Counted from the first letter of the stretch, positions 38,386 to 51,335 are shown. The stretch is 64,000 bases of DNA from Octopus sinensis (GCF_006345805.1 NC_043004.1:34658001-34722000), one strand, 5' to 3'. The notes: generated by a model not told the origin, from the letters alone. Numbers and translations are program-made.

Positions 38386-38410
38386 ATGATACTCTATATG
38401 CATGCATACA

Positions 38411-38900
38411 TACAGAGTGCAATGGGTAAATTGTCACCATTTAATATTTATAATTTTGTGCATACACATCGTTTGTTTTTGATTTTGTCAACTACAGAAT
38501 ATAGTAGAATTGGTTGGGTAACATCTGTGAGAAAAACAGCACCATGACGCAATTTACAGAGTTTAAAATTTGGAAATAAAATGCTGTACTGTTTGGCATT
38601 TGCACCAGAAGCTCCAATACGAATATTTCAAAGTGTTTGAGTGTCAATCTGAGGAAATCTACTAAGAGTGATACAAATCAAATATCCAGTCAACGTCATG
38701 GTGTTTAGAGTAATCACTAGTGATGGCAATGTTATGCTTCCATTTATCTTCCCACACGGTCCAGGCTCAACATAGAGGCCTACATCAAGTGCCTGGAGAA
38801 GGTAGTGCTGCTCTGAGTGAAGAGGGTGGCTGCTGAAAGAAGGTGTACACTCAAGCACTCAAGTGAAGAGGGTGGCTGCTGAGGATGTACACTCAAGCAT
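38411..38900 (+). mobile_element. Internally deleted Tc1/mariner element (second family) with transposase remnants
   Basis: Starts TA-cagagtg. N-terminal MTQFT...AVLFGICTRSSNTNISKCLSVNLR is joined to the catalytic-region piece IKYPVNVMVFRVITSDGNVMLPFIFPHG / LNIEAYIKCLEKVVLL*VKRVAA. A ~48-bp tandem duplication sits at the broken 3' end (38816-38899). Confidence 0.8.
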
Positions 38901-39499
38901 TTAAAGAGCTTCTCTGTAGAATCTTTCTTTAAATTGAAATTCTCTTTACAGACAATATGCTTGTATGCATATATTCCAAGACTTAATTTAGATTAATGAT
39001 ATTCTTGGTTGCTTTAAATTATTAATACCTAGTTTTAAAAAACTTTACCTTTTTTAATAATACAAATATATTTTCGTTTCAAAGAAAAAAAATTGCAGTC
39101 TTTGTTTGATATCATTAACAATTTGTTCATCAATGCGTAACGGTGGTCAGTACATATTTGGCGATGAAGGTTAATGACTAGAACAATGAACCATGCATAA
39201 ATCTTGCTCCCCGCCCCCTTAATAAAGACAGACACACAATCTGGGACTACAACCTGGAACTAAAAGAAATTGGCTCCAACAGAGAGAGATTTTTTCTGTA
39301 AATATTGGAATTTGCCAAGTTTATCTTTTTGTTTTCATAAATGATATTTTTCATGGATTTCTTTATTTTTTCCTTGTCAAAACAGCTTTCCTCATTACTT
39401 TTCAAATTCTGCATAACCTTTGTTTTGTTTCTTTTGTTTTTCTGTTTTATTCTTTATAACCTTCATGTTTTTGCTATTCTGTTTATCCCCTAACTTAGT

Positions 39500-39690
39500 T
39501 ATTGTTATTTAGCCCCAGGTCAAACAAAAGAACTATCATTAGAAGCATTCCAGCCATGACCATCCCTTCTTTTCAGCGTAACTAGAACTATATTAACTAA
39601 TGCATCTTTTCACTTCATGACACAGTATAATTCGTGGGTGATTTGGCTGCTATTTCTCACAGGTTTAGTAACTGTAGAGAGGTTTCACTC
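39500..39690 (-). mobile_element. Old interspersed repeat (family E); relatives near 42210-42390, 54080-54150 and 58776-59370
   Basis: Shared motifs ttgttatttagccccaggtca, ccagccatgaccatc and gatttggctgctatttct. Orientation inferred from an (AAC)n-like tail. Confidence 0.55.
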
Positions 39691-40266
39691 TTAGTCCATG
39701 CTTATTTGCATCATCATACTTATTCATATCTACTACATACTTGTGCTTAATGCACACCAATGATTGGGAACAGCGACATCTCAGAAAGAAATACATATTT
39801 TGTGCCTAATATACACTGTTTTTTTTAGCCAGATTTATTATAATAGCTATATAAAATGCAATAGCAAAATTCACAAATCACAAACGCCTCAGAAAGCAAT
39901 TTTGAAAGTCACAATTAAACTTTATCAATGTAGGTTGTAATTGTGTCCAGTAGTGTGTTAACATCACAATCGGTTAAGACAGCCTTGCCAAATTTCAGGC
40001 ATCAACCTTTAAACAGAGACGGCATAACTGTTACACAGTCAGCATAGAGGGAAAAAAATAATTCTTTAGTTAAATGAAAGTTATTATGAAATAGTTAGTA
40101 AACAATGATTACATTCTAGTTATATTCTAGAGTCCGTTTTTATATTCTTTGGTACTGAAGGTTGATTGCAGTAATTCTCTTGGAGCATTCTTTGCCAATT
40201 GTGCCAATTTTAAAATTACATCTCTCTCCCCTCTCTCAATCTCTCTCTTTCTTTCTGTATATATAA

Positions 40267-40299
<33 letters not shown>

Positions 40300-40703
40300 C
40301 ATGTATGTTCATATCAAATGACACTCCAACTGAATATTTCTGATTGGAACACCTTTGTGTTATTAATTATAATTGCTGGTTATTAATTAATACATAATAA
40401 ACCTTAACGAGTAAATGTTCATATAGCAGCATATATTAATAGATCAAATGTACAGAGCACAAAGTGACAGACCTTATATATATATATATATACATGCATA
40501 TAGTTACACACATATACATATACACCCAAAATTAATTGAAACATATACACAAATTACACACTAATGTATATAAAAAGACTAAGTCACACACATACACACA
40601 TATACGTAACAGTGTCTAAACTAAATCGAAATCGTTCTGCCATTTCCCTTTTGGTTTTATATTTCATTTCTGAATTATTTCAAGCAATATTGAGCATTGA
40701 TTA

Positions 40704-40919
40704 AAGGTGGTGAGCTGGCAGAAATGTTATCACACCAGGTGAAATGCTTAGCAGTATTTTGTCTGTCTTTACGTTCTGAGTTCAAATTCTGCTGAGGTCG
40801 ACTTTGTCTTTCATCCTTCCAGGGTCGATAAATTAAGCACCAGTTGCATACTAGGATCGATCTAATTGGCTGGCCCCCTCCCCTCAAAATTCTGGGCCTT
40901 GGGCCTAGAGCAGAAAAGG
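40704..40919 (+). mobile_element. Family-A SINE (alternative tail) with ~15-bp TSD
   Basis: TSD atattgagc(a/t)ttgat at 40687-40701 and 40920-40934. Tail ccccctccctcaaaattctgggccttgggcctagagcagaaaagg. Confidence 0.93.
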
Positions 40920-41639
40920 ATATTGAGCTTTGATCTCTGACACAGGCATACTTGTAAAATGATGATATCTAGTAGAATGAAATCACATGATATGGAAATT
41001 CTGGCAGCCACAGACAGTTCTTGTCAGCTACAATCTATGTTTGTGCTTTTATGCCCCAAATGCCTCTATGAGAGAATGTCCCAAGGTTAAAAAGGCATTT
41101 TTTGATGCTCTAACAAGATCTCTGTGTTAGGTTGGATATAAAGAATTACCTTTTGGTTTTAATACTGCATCTGTCACTAATAATTAATTTTTAATAAATG
41201 TATTTGATTTATTATTACAATCATAGAAGGATGTAACTTAAAACGGTTACTTAAACTCTTTTTTGGCAGCAGATATATACATCTCCTGGTCGTCCCATCC
41301 TGACTTCAGACTGGAACTGTGTTCCCAAGTATAAGGTGCCCTCTCGATTTTAGGTTTAAAATGTTCAAATAACTACACACCATACACATCATACATGAAT
41401 AAATATGGGTCCCTTATGGTATAACCTTCTTTTTATACCAAATGGCAATTTTTTTTTTATTTTGAAATATAATTTAGAGAGGAATTTTCTACTTTAATAT
41501 TGATATTTTTACCTAAAAAACTGGGTGAAAAATATCTTATGCCCTTTTTATATATTTCAAAATCTTTTGGATAAATTTGTTGATAAAATAAAATTCTCAA
41601 AATCTGACCATGTGATTAGGGATTAGATGAAATATATAA

Positions 41640-42058
41640 GGTATGTTGGCTGTGTGGTAAGTAGCTTGTTTACCAACCACATGGTTCCGGGTTTAGCCCC
41701 ACTGCGTGGCACCTTGAGCAAGTGTCTTCTACTATAGCCTCGGGCTGACCAAAGCCTTGTGAGTGGATTTGGTAGGCAGAAACTGAAAGAAGCCCGTCGT
41801 ATATATGTATATATATATATATATATGTGTGTGTTTGTGTTTGTGTGTCTGTGTTTGTCCCCCTAGCATTGCTTGACAACCGATGCTGGTGTGTTTATAT
41901 CCCCGTCACTTAGCAGTTCAGCAAAAGAGACCGATAGAATAAGTACTGGGCTTACAAAGAATAAGTCCTGGGGTCGAGTTGCTCGACTAAAGGCAGTGCT
42001 CCAGCATGGCCGCAGTCAAATGACTGAAACAAGTAAAAGAGTAAAAGAGTAAAAGAGT
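41640..42058 (+). mobile_element. Family-B tRNA-derived SINE, full length
   Basis: tggctgtgtggtaagtagcttg...ccgggtttagcccc...(GTAAAAGA)3 tail. Highly similar to 9543-9960. Confidence 0.93.
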
Positions 42059-44367
42059 ATTCCTGAAATTATATTTATTGTTTATTTATATATTTTCAAA
42101 ACTAAATAAGTATAGATTTGCTAAATGATGTCTTTTGTTTAATCCCATTAGAATTCTGATGTTTAGGAAAATGAATTTACATTTACTTAACCTAAATCAA
42201 AGAAGTGAGGAGCCTCTATGCAGCTGTTTGACCTGCAACACATAGCAACCATATCACCTTGAGATCACATGCTACAATCTATGAAAAAGAAAGGACTAAT
42301 AACACTGTTCTATATTGTACTTGAAAATTTGATGAGATGGCCACAATTGGAATGCCTTACAAGGCTGATCAGACACTATACAGTAATAACAGTTTAATAT
42401 AAAATATGGTGACAGCTTTATTTTACTAATGTTACTGAACCTTGATTTGTTTTGCTTTTTTTAGTTTTTCTTTGTTATTATTTTTATAATTTTCTTTTGC
42501 CATTCTGTAATTTCAATTATGATGTCTTCCAATTTGTCTTCAAGTTTGAGATTTTAGAAGTGAAATCATAATTCTTTAGAGTATTTTCTATACTTTTCTT
42601 TCTTTAATAATTCGTTTAATATTTCTATAATTATGCTTAGATTGTCAATAATCCAATATCAATTCACTTTAGAGAAATATTTGATAGCGTCAAAGAATTT
42701 ATTTCTATATTTTTTTTTTTTTTTTACATATAGTTTTTAATATACTTGTTATATTGATAGCTAAGGGTTTTAAAGAGATGTTTCAGGTAGAACATAAATT
42801 TACCTACTATCAGACTTTTAAGTAGTTTTTTTTTTTTTATATATATAATATTTGTGTCTCATCTCTTTTTGTCATTTTCCTACATTTCCAATTTTTTTAT
42901 GATTTTTATTTTTATTATATAAAAAAAAACTTCTTATATATAAAAGCAACATTATTGTAAACCCTGTCTATAAAAGTTACAACCGAGTTGCTATGTGCAG
43001 TCGTTATGTGTTTGTTATAAATCATTTATATTATCAGGATCACTTAGAATTGATTCCTTGTTATTACTTTATATTGTAGTTTATATTTTTTAATCCTTTT
43101 TCAACCCCTTTTTAATACTTGATTTTTCCTTCGGTTGAATTTTTTCCCTAGGTTTTCTTTTTATCATTTGTGCTGGGAATTCTTTTCTCTAATCCTATTT
43201 TAACTTCATTATTCTTAATTTCCCAGTTACCTATTTTTCTCCTTTAACACACACACACACACACATTCATTATGCATGCCTGTCTGTGTGTGTGTATACA
43301 ACTGTGTGTGAAAATATAAATAGTTTTATTCCATTGAATCATAAACAATTTGTGATATTGTGTATAAAACATGTAAAATGGTTTGAAGGGAATAAGCACT
43401 GGAATAGCTGTTTCAAATAGCTTTATCTTCCTAAGTTTAAGAATATTTACAACCAAATAAATATTTTCACTATTTTCAGAATCAGAAAAGAATATAGTTA
43501 CATGTTTTAGCAACAAGCACCACACAATGTCTGTGACAAATATGGAATAACACCTCATCTCCCAGAGAAAACTTCTGTCAAAATTGCCATTTTCCACCCT
43601 CCTACTTCTAGCATATTATGACTTCTATTTGATAGATATCTGATCAGAGTTATCAAACGTCACATTTAATATTGTATCCCATTTAGTATGGAATACGTTA
43701 GTTCCTAAAACCTTAATAGATGTTGGCCTTCCCTCATAATAATTCATCTTTATTTTAAAATTTATTCACTTTTTGTGTTACATATTCCATATCTAACAAA
43801 GATAAAAAAACAAAACAAATCTCATATCATATCAAGAATATTTTGTTTTTTTCTGAGATGATATTACACGTGCCATTTTTAACTACAGAGATGTTGATGA
43901 AGAGAGCTGGTTAGTTTACATTTTCTATTGATGTTCGTTCACTTATTACTTTTGTCTTTGCTACGTATGATGTAAATTCTAAATATGTGCTTCAATATTA
44001 TTAAAACGTTCTGTTTGGAACTTGATGTATCCTTTTTTTTGTTTTTGTTTTTGTTGTGTTCAGACTCACACCTAAGAAACTGTCTGTCAGTCATGCTTCA
44101 ATTATCCGATGTCATCTGGGTTGATATTGTTAATATACTCTACCAAACTTCCATGCGGTTCTTCTGAGACTTAAAATTATTTCTAATTGACGAACATGAC
44201 AACTGAAATGTTCTGTAATACATCATATATTCTCAAATATAAAAGACTTTATCAGAAATTATTAAATATATACAAGACACCTCCATACTCTATTTACAAT
44301 CAACAGACACATTGTTAGTATCCTTTTTTATTCTTTTCTGTCCAACCCATGCCAGCATAGAACATGG

Positions 44368-44550
44368 AATTACAACCGTGTTTCGTGGTCTGCTACCACA
44401 ACAGCTCCTTTATAGGATCCAGTTAGCTCAAGACATCATCAAGAGGAACCATGTCCGGTTTCGGCCCCTACTCCTCTACCGTTTTGACGTGGCGGGGCCC
44501 CCACTTTCAGAGGTGTCTTCAGCTCTGGTGTTGGGTGCATGTCTTCGACA
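44368..44550 (-). mobile_element. GC-rich fragment with a decayed hammerhead-like motif (44449-44528), probably Penelope-like
   Basis: Minus strand: ccagag-CTGAAGA-cacctct...aggggcc-GAAA-CCGG-ac-atgg. Palindromic CCGG loop, but the cleavage triplet reads GAC rather than GUC. Confidence 0.4.
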
Positions 44551-44752
44551 ATTGCTGTTTATCATCAACCATGCCTCACTTTCTGTCTTGAAAGTTACTT
44601 GGCAACCTCACTAGTTCCAGTGGCACACACACACACACACATTCAAAGCACCCAGTACACACAGTAAATGGTTGGCAATAGGAAAGGTATCATAGAAACT
44701 ATGACAAAGCTGATACTGAAGTTTGACATAGTGTTGTGTCTCACCATATCTT

Positions 44753-44976
44753 ATTTCTTTATTGGGGATAAACATAGAGGGAACAAACAAGGACAGACAA
44801 AGGGATTAAGCTGATTACATCAACCCAGGTGTGTAACTGGTACTTATTTAATCGACCCCGAAAAGATGAAAGGCTAAGTTGACCTTGGTGGAATTTGAAC
44901 TCAGAATGTAGCGGCAGACGAAATACCGCTAGGCATTTCACCCAGCATGCTAACGTTTCTGCCAGCTCACTGCCTT
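44753..44976 (-). mobile_element. Family-A SINE with 16-bp TSD, nested in a family-D element
   Basis: TSD tgtctcaccatatctt at 44737-44752 and 44982-44997. The host family-D element resumes on both sides (44647-44750 and 44998-45050). Confidence 0.93.
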
Positions 44977-45246
44977 ATACATGTCTCACCATATCTTGTT
45001 ACTCCATTCAACCCATGGCAGTATGGAAAACGGATATTGAATGACGATGTTAATGTTTATAATCATAATTGTTGCATAACTTGTGGAATTAATATATAAA
45101 CATGCAAGAGGTGTAAAAGTGGGAGAAACAATAAGATACAACATAATTTTTCTGATACAGATTCAGTTTCACCTTCCTTCATCTCAGTAAAATCTGAATT
45201 TTGTGACCGGTCAGATAAAATGGCTATTTCCCCCAGCACAATGAAA

Positions 45247-45613
45247 TCTCTCTATATATATAAACAGCAAAATGTCTGCGTGCGTGTCCTTTATACAAAT
45301 CCACAATTTTTCAGTTAGAGGGCTCGCACTTTCTATGGTCATTCAAAACTGTCCAAGGGTGGTCGTGCACATCTTTACATTTCCACAGTCACCCCACAAA
45401 GCCATTAAAAAAATCAATAGAAGTGACTTTTTTGTGAAATTTCTATCCAAAACCCAATCAAAATGCTCGAAACTTGATATGCCAATTGAATGCCAGCCAG
45501 CTGTATGTGATTGGTCGGAGATTTGGACAGTACTCGCGTGTATGTGTGCACACACGCAGCTGTATATGCATGCACTAGCACTATGACCCAGCGTTGCCGG
45601 GTCATAGTACTAA
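45247..45613 (+). mobile_element. Non-autonomous Helitron
   Basis: 5' end a|TCtctctatatatataaac. 3' GC-rich hairpin ending CTAA|t (CTRR). Inserted between A and T with no TSD. Confidence 0.75.
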
Positions 45614-45729
45614 TATTATATAACAGTGATAAGTAGAAATACATAGCAGCAGACAGAGCAGTCCGAATTCCCTTGGATGACTTTGGCTTTTCTTGAGTGG
45701 ATTGATAAATGGATTCCAAGTTAAAAATA

Positions 45730-45915
45730 TGGCCAGTAGTTTGAAGGGAGGGAGTTAACAGATAGCACCAATTCCTGTACTTGACTGGTACCTTATTTTA
45801 ATGAAGCTGAAAGAATGAAAGGCACAAACAACCTTGGCAGGATTTGAACTCAGCATATAAAGGCTCAGAAGAACTTCCATAAATCCCACGTGTTAAATGT
45901 TTCTGCCAGCTTAAA
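45730..45915 (-). mobile_element. Family-A SINE, decayed
   Basis: gactggtaccttatttt...gaatgaaaggcac...ggatttgaactcag...ttctgccagc. Confidence 0.7.
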
Positions 45916-46655
45916 GCAATTCGTAGGGGACTGATGAGAACTGGTCATATGCCAAACTTTATTCAACTGACTAAAACACCACCCTTTGAACCTAGTAAGA
46001 AAATAATGGTGTCTCAAACAACAAAATTAATGAAGATATCAAAGATATTATAATTCAGGAATTGATGATAACAAGTTTGGTTTCTCATGGTTCTGAGTTC
46101 AAATGCAACTAGCATCAAGTGTATCTACCTCATTTCTTGAGGTAGATCTATGATACAATGAGTCTCAGTTACAAAGTAATGTCAGTTCATTTGATTACAT
46201 GACTATCTTATAAAACTTTGGCTCATACCCTTGTTAAAAATCAATATATCAAGATACTATTTTCGGTCAGAAACCAATAATAAATATTGATTTATGATTT
46301 TTTTTTTGTTCAAATGTCATTTAATTGAAGACAGCAGCTTATGAAGAAACAACTGACCAATAGCCAAGAGACGATGTCAGTGCTACAAAATATTGGCTGG
46401 AATTGTTGGTCAAACATATGACAGAGTATGGCTGAAGTACTTACTAGTGATGTACTAAATTGAAAGGCTCCAGGCTATCCAGTTTTTATTAACTTTTCAC
46501 CATTGCCATTCAAAGTTGACTGACTGAAAGGGTAACACACCTTAGATTTAAACGGAGACTGTAGTAGCCTTGGTAAGGTAAGAAGAGGAAGGAGAGGAGA
46601 AGGTGGAGCTAGTGTTGATAGTGGAAGTGGTGAAATCATCAGCAAGGGATTCATA

Positions 46656-46657
<2 letters not shown>

Positions 46658-46703
<46 letters not shown>

Positions 46704-46767
46704 ACACACACACACATACTCACTCACTCACTCACACACACACACACACACAGACACACACACACAC

Positions 46768-46805
<38 letters not shown>
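46658..46805. repeat. (CA)n microsatellite
   Basis: Seen directly. Confidence 0.98.
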
Positions 46806-46806
<1 letters not shown>

Positions 46807-47824
46807 CCTAGTTGGTGTATCAAACAGAAATTGCCAATTTTATATTCGACCAGAAACTGGTTGACACATTGACAAATTAAAGTGTTTTCAAAAGGAACAT
46901 TGAAAAGAGAATTACCATGGTTTGATTTCCTCTACTTCTCCTGTTACACTGATTCATGTTGTTGTTGTTGTTATTATTGTAAACAGTCTCATGGAATCAT
47001 AAGCATACATGAAACATTGCAGTCTGACAGCTTTGAGATGTTGCAGTGGTTCTTTTTAAATTTTTTTTTTTTCCTGTAATATAGTTTAAGGCAGCCCACA
47101 CGTACTGGTCTCTGGTTTTGATATGTTTTTGTACTTCAGTACTCTTTGTTTTGTTGTTATCAATGTTTATTATTTCAAGCACAGACACCTAACAGTCCTT
47201 ACCAATCTAAATTATTTCTCTAGCTATAAAATACATTTTCGTATATGGTAGCGTTTTCTGTGATTCTGATATTATCATGTTTCAAATGGACGTTTGTTTC
47301 TAGCTCAAGGCAGCAACATCTCCCAATATTTCCATATTACTCCATTATGTCTACAGAAAATATTTTTAGTTCTGATGTGAAGATTGTTTTGAATGCAAAT
47401 TAATGAAAACACGTAATCAGCGACTGGACAATTGTGATTTTTAATCTCCTATGAATCTCATTAGAACCAGTGAAATTCATTTATTAACATGTATGTTTTA
47501 GTTAAGCCATAGTGCACACTGTATGTACCATGCGTCTATAAGATGCACGCAATGGAGTGAAAAAACATGTTACTCATTAATACATCACTTAACGAAGATT
47601 GAAATTTTGATAGCTTAGTTGCTGATCAAGTGTTCTCATTAACTTGATTTTATCTCAAAATATTCAGCAAGGTTAAGCATATTTACATCAACAAAAAGTA
47701 TTATCAGCTGTGTGATGTAATGTATAATTAATTACATATGTTGTCATGAATAATTAAATACCTTCCATATTATTATGTAATATCATCATCAGCAAAATCC
47801 ATCTTTTAAACATCTGCAGTCTAA

Positions 47825-48299
47825 CCCTTTCGTTGCCAACCTGGCTGAAACCAGCTCTGGCTCTGTAGTACAAATGTCTTGTTTTCATAAGTTTTGAATT
47901 AAAATCTTCCACCAAACCTTAGTCACAATTTATGTTCCTAACACTAGTTTAATGATAACTAAGTTCTGTTGTGTCTCGGGAGAGTCATTTTCTTTTTGTG
48001 TCTTATAATTTAAAACACTCACCTTTAAAATTTCCACTTATTTCTTATTTTTATTTTCCTAAAATTTTCGTTGCGTCTTGCAACTTTTTCAATAGTCTTG
48101 ACTATTATAAGGCACAAAAAGAAAATGACTCTCCCCAGACACAACAGAATATGCTTCAACACACAAACTCATATGAAGAATCTTGCAAACCAAATCCAAA
48201 AACAAAAGATAACTAAGTTATTTTACTAAATTCTTTGTTATATTTAAAATAATAGAAAGAAACAAAGAGCATCTCAAAATGAATATGGTAACAAAAGGG
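47825..48299. mobile_element. piggyBac-like MITE interrupted by a fold-back element
   Basis: TIRs ccctttcgttgcc (47825-47837) and ggtaacaaaaggg (48287-48299). Flanks ctaa and ttaa fit a TTAA target with one substitution. Confidence 0.75.
47966..48207. mobile_element. Second copy of the 16542-16837 fold-back element, with 12-bp TSD
   Basis: gataactaagtt duplicated at 47954-47965 and 48208-48219. Same termini as the first copy, with the right arm about 55 bp shorter. Confidence 0.9.
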
Positions 48300-48774
48300 T
48301 TAATGTTGTCATAGTTTCAAATGATGACATACAATGTATTCAAGCATTAAATTACCATTCCTTTCATAGTATGTCGACTTGTCTGTGATGTTTAACAACC
48401 TGAGACTTGCTTTCATATCAGATCTGATCTCACCCTTTGTTTCCCATGTCTGTTTTACTCTTCTTCCCTGTCTGCTACAATCCCAATGCTTATCAAATTC
48501 TTCACACAGCACTCATTGTACCTTTACATCAGAGGAATTCCAGCGCAGTTATTTCTTCAGTATTCTTTGACTGAAGCCTGAAAGTCTAACTGTTGGCTGC
48601 ATAAAATTCCTTCTATAATGCTCTCCCAATACATGTCTTACTGTTAGATTGCATTTGCTCAGGAGAGGGAGTGTTGACCACCTTGATCTCACCAGTTCTG
48701 GAGGGGGTCTGTGAATGCCCATAGCCTTCACAGACCCCCTGCAGAACTTTGTCCCTTAGATCAAGCTAGCAGAC

Positions 48775-48960
48775 ATGGCCAAATGGATAAGAAGTGCATT
48801 TCTCAACTATATGGTTTCTAGCTCTGTGACACTTTGAGCAAATCTCCTCCACTAAAGCCTTGGACTGATGAAAGCCTTGAGAGTGAATTTAGTTGAAGGA
48901 AACTGAAAGAAGCCCATCATGCATGTGCATGTAGGAGTGTATGTGTGTGCATGTGTGTTT
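48775..48960 (+). mobile_element. Family-B SINE 5' half, decayed
   Basis: acactttgagcaaatctcctccactaaagcc...ggaaactgaaagaagccc followed by (TG)n. Confidence 0.7.
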
Positions 48961-49199
48961 ATATGTTCATTTACATGCATGTTAATGTCACTTTTGTCAG
49001 CAGATCATCAGATTACTATACCTTTGAAGATGTGTGAAATACATATAAAGAAAGAAAAACAGATAAGGTTTAGTGACAGGAAAGGCATCCAGCTGTAAAA
49101 CAATGCTTCAATAATAGAAGGGAAAATTAAGGATAAAGCAGTGAAACACTTAACAAAATCAAGGACTTTGTTTCGCACAAAATGGAAGAGAAAGAAACA

Positions 49200-49660
49200 T
49201 TGGCTTGAAATTTTGGCACAAGGCCAACAATTTCAGGGGAGGTAGAAAGTCAACTGCATTGACTCCCACCCTCACCCCGTGCTCTGCTGGTACTTATTTT
49301 ATAAACCCTGAAAGAATGAAAGGCAAAGTTGATCTCAACAAAATTTGAACTCAGAACATAAAGACACAAAATTCCACTGAGCTTTTTGCTTGGCAGGCAA
49401 AAAATTCTACCAGCTCTTCACTTTAAAGAAGAGAAATAAATATTCTTTTCTACTCTAGGCACAAGGCCCGAAATTTTTGGGGAGGTGGGGGCAGTCGATT
49501 AGATTGACCCCAGTATACAACTGGTACTTAATTTATCGACCCCGAAAAGATGAAAGGCAAAGTTAATCTTGGCGGAATTTGAACTCAGAACGTAAAGACA
49601 AACAAGATACCGCTAAGCATTTCACTTGGCATGCTAATGTTTCTGCCAGCTTGCTATCTT
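49200..49660 (-). mobile_element. Two tandem family-A SINEs (~49200-49425 older; 49445-49660 with 16-bp TSD)
   Basis: TSD aagagaaataaatatt at 49429-49444 and 49661-49676. Both copies contain the reverse-complement core. Confidence 0.9.
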
Positions 49661-50049
49661 AAGAGAAATAAATATTAATCTAGAAATGATATTAGTCAAT
49701 GTTAGGTAGTAATAACAAATGGTCAGGTAGAAATTCCATGATCAAGAGCGAAGAGGGTATCATAGCATCATAATGCCATAGTTTCCTAATTGCCAGAAAC
49801 AGTTGTTTGTAAAGACTGTTTGGTCCCAATATGCAATGGGATGCAGGAAATTTGAACAGAAGTCTTGAGATCTGAGAGTCCCAAAGTATTCATTTGATAA
49901 TTTCATTTATATCCCGATATGTTACTTTCAAACGCATTTACATTCTAGTCTATTCCGGAAAATAACCATCTTTCATGGGCTTATATTACAGTTAAGCAGT
50001 TAACCATATACTATGGTCTGCAAAAGTATTGACTTAACTATAAAACAAA

Positions 50050-50080
<31 letters not shown>

Positions 50081-50823
50081 CACCAATAGACCAATACATT
50101 CATGTTAATGGGGGAGTTACAATGCTGGAGCAGTTTAGCATATTACAGAACATGGAGGTCAGCTGAACTCAGCCACAATTCCTTTTGCCTGTTTACAACC
50201 AAACAAGCCAGCTAAATTAGCCATTCACCTGAATAGTCTGTAATTGGACCAATCTACTTGCCTTGGCATTTCAATATTGTTTTTTTGGTTATTTTTCTAT
50301 TTTGTTTTGCTTTATATATTTGATCTTTTATTTATTTATTTATTTATTTATTTATTTTGCTACAGTCACTTTTAACGTTCTAACCTTCCTTTTCCAAATT
50401 TTTCTTTTATTTTTTTTATTTAAAGAAAGATTGTGTCACATGGTATAATACTCAGTTTAGAAAGTCAAGGAAATAAGAAAGAAGATTTAGTAGCAATAAC
50501 TTACACCATGTTTATACCTACTTACTAATTTCGTACACGAACAATAAGTAATGATTAATTGCTTTCTCGAAATGACTTTTCACAGCAGTTAAAAGTGTTC
50601 TTCTACTTTTGCCAACGTCGCCAGTGTTGTTTAAGCATTAAGAAGGAGATCAGACAAACAGAACCAGTCACCGAATGTGTTTAATGGAGGCGAAAAATAA
50701 AATATCGATAAATTTTGGGGAGGTAATAGTTAAAAAAAACCCTGCATTAAATCAAATGTGATATCGCTAAATCAAGTCAAGATTAGCATCGGTCATTTAA
50801 TTGTCCCTTTAAGTTATACAGTT

Positions 50824-51097
50824 ATATATGTATATCAGGCATAGATGTTTATGTATGTGCATGCATGCATATATATATATATATATATATATACACGCAC
50901 ACATATCTGATACACATGTGCAAAATGTACACTACCACATGCAGGTATATGCAAATATATATATGTATGTGTGCATATATATATATATATATTTATATAT
51001 ATTTAAGTATATATTCATATGTGTGTGTATATATATATTTATGTGTGTATATACATATGTATATATATATATATATATGTACATATATGTCTGTGTA

Positions 51098-51190
<93 letters not shown>

Positions 51191-51229
51191 ATATATATAC
51201 CTATGCACACTCATATATATGTGCACACA

Positions 51230-51268
<39 letters not shown>

Positions 51269-51335
51269 TATATATATGCACTCACACATATATGCGTATA
51301 CATATTTATATATGTATAAATACACACATACATGT
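50824..51335. repeat. ~510-bp degenerate (TA)n microsatellite
   Basis: Seen directly. Confidence 0.97.
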
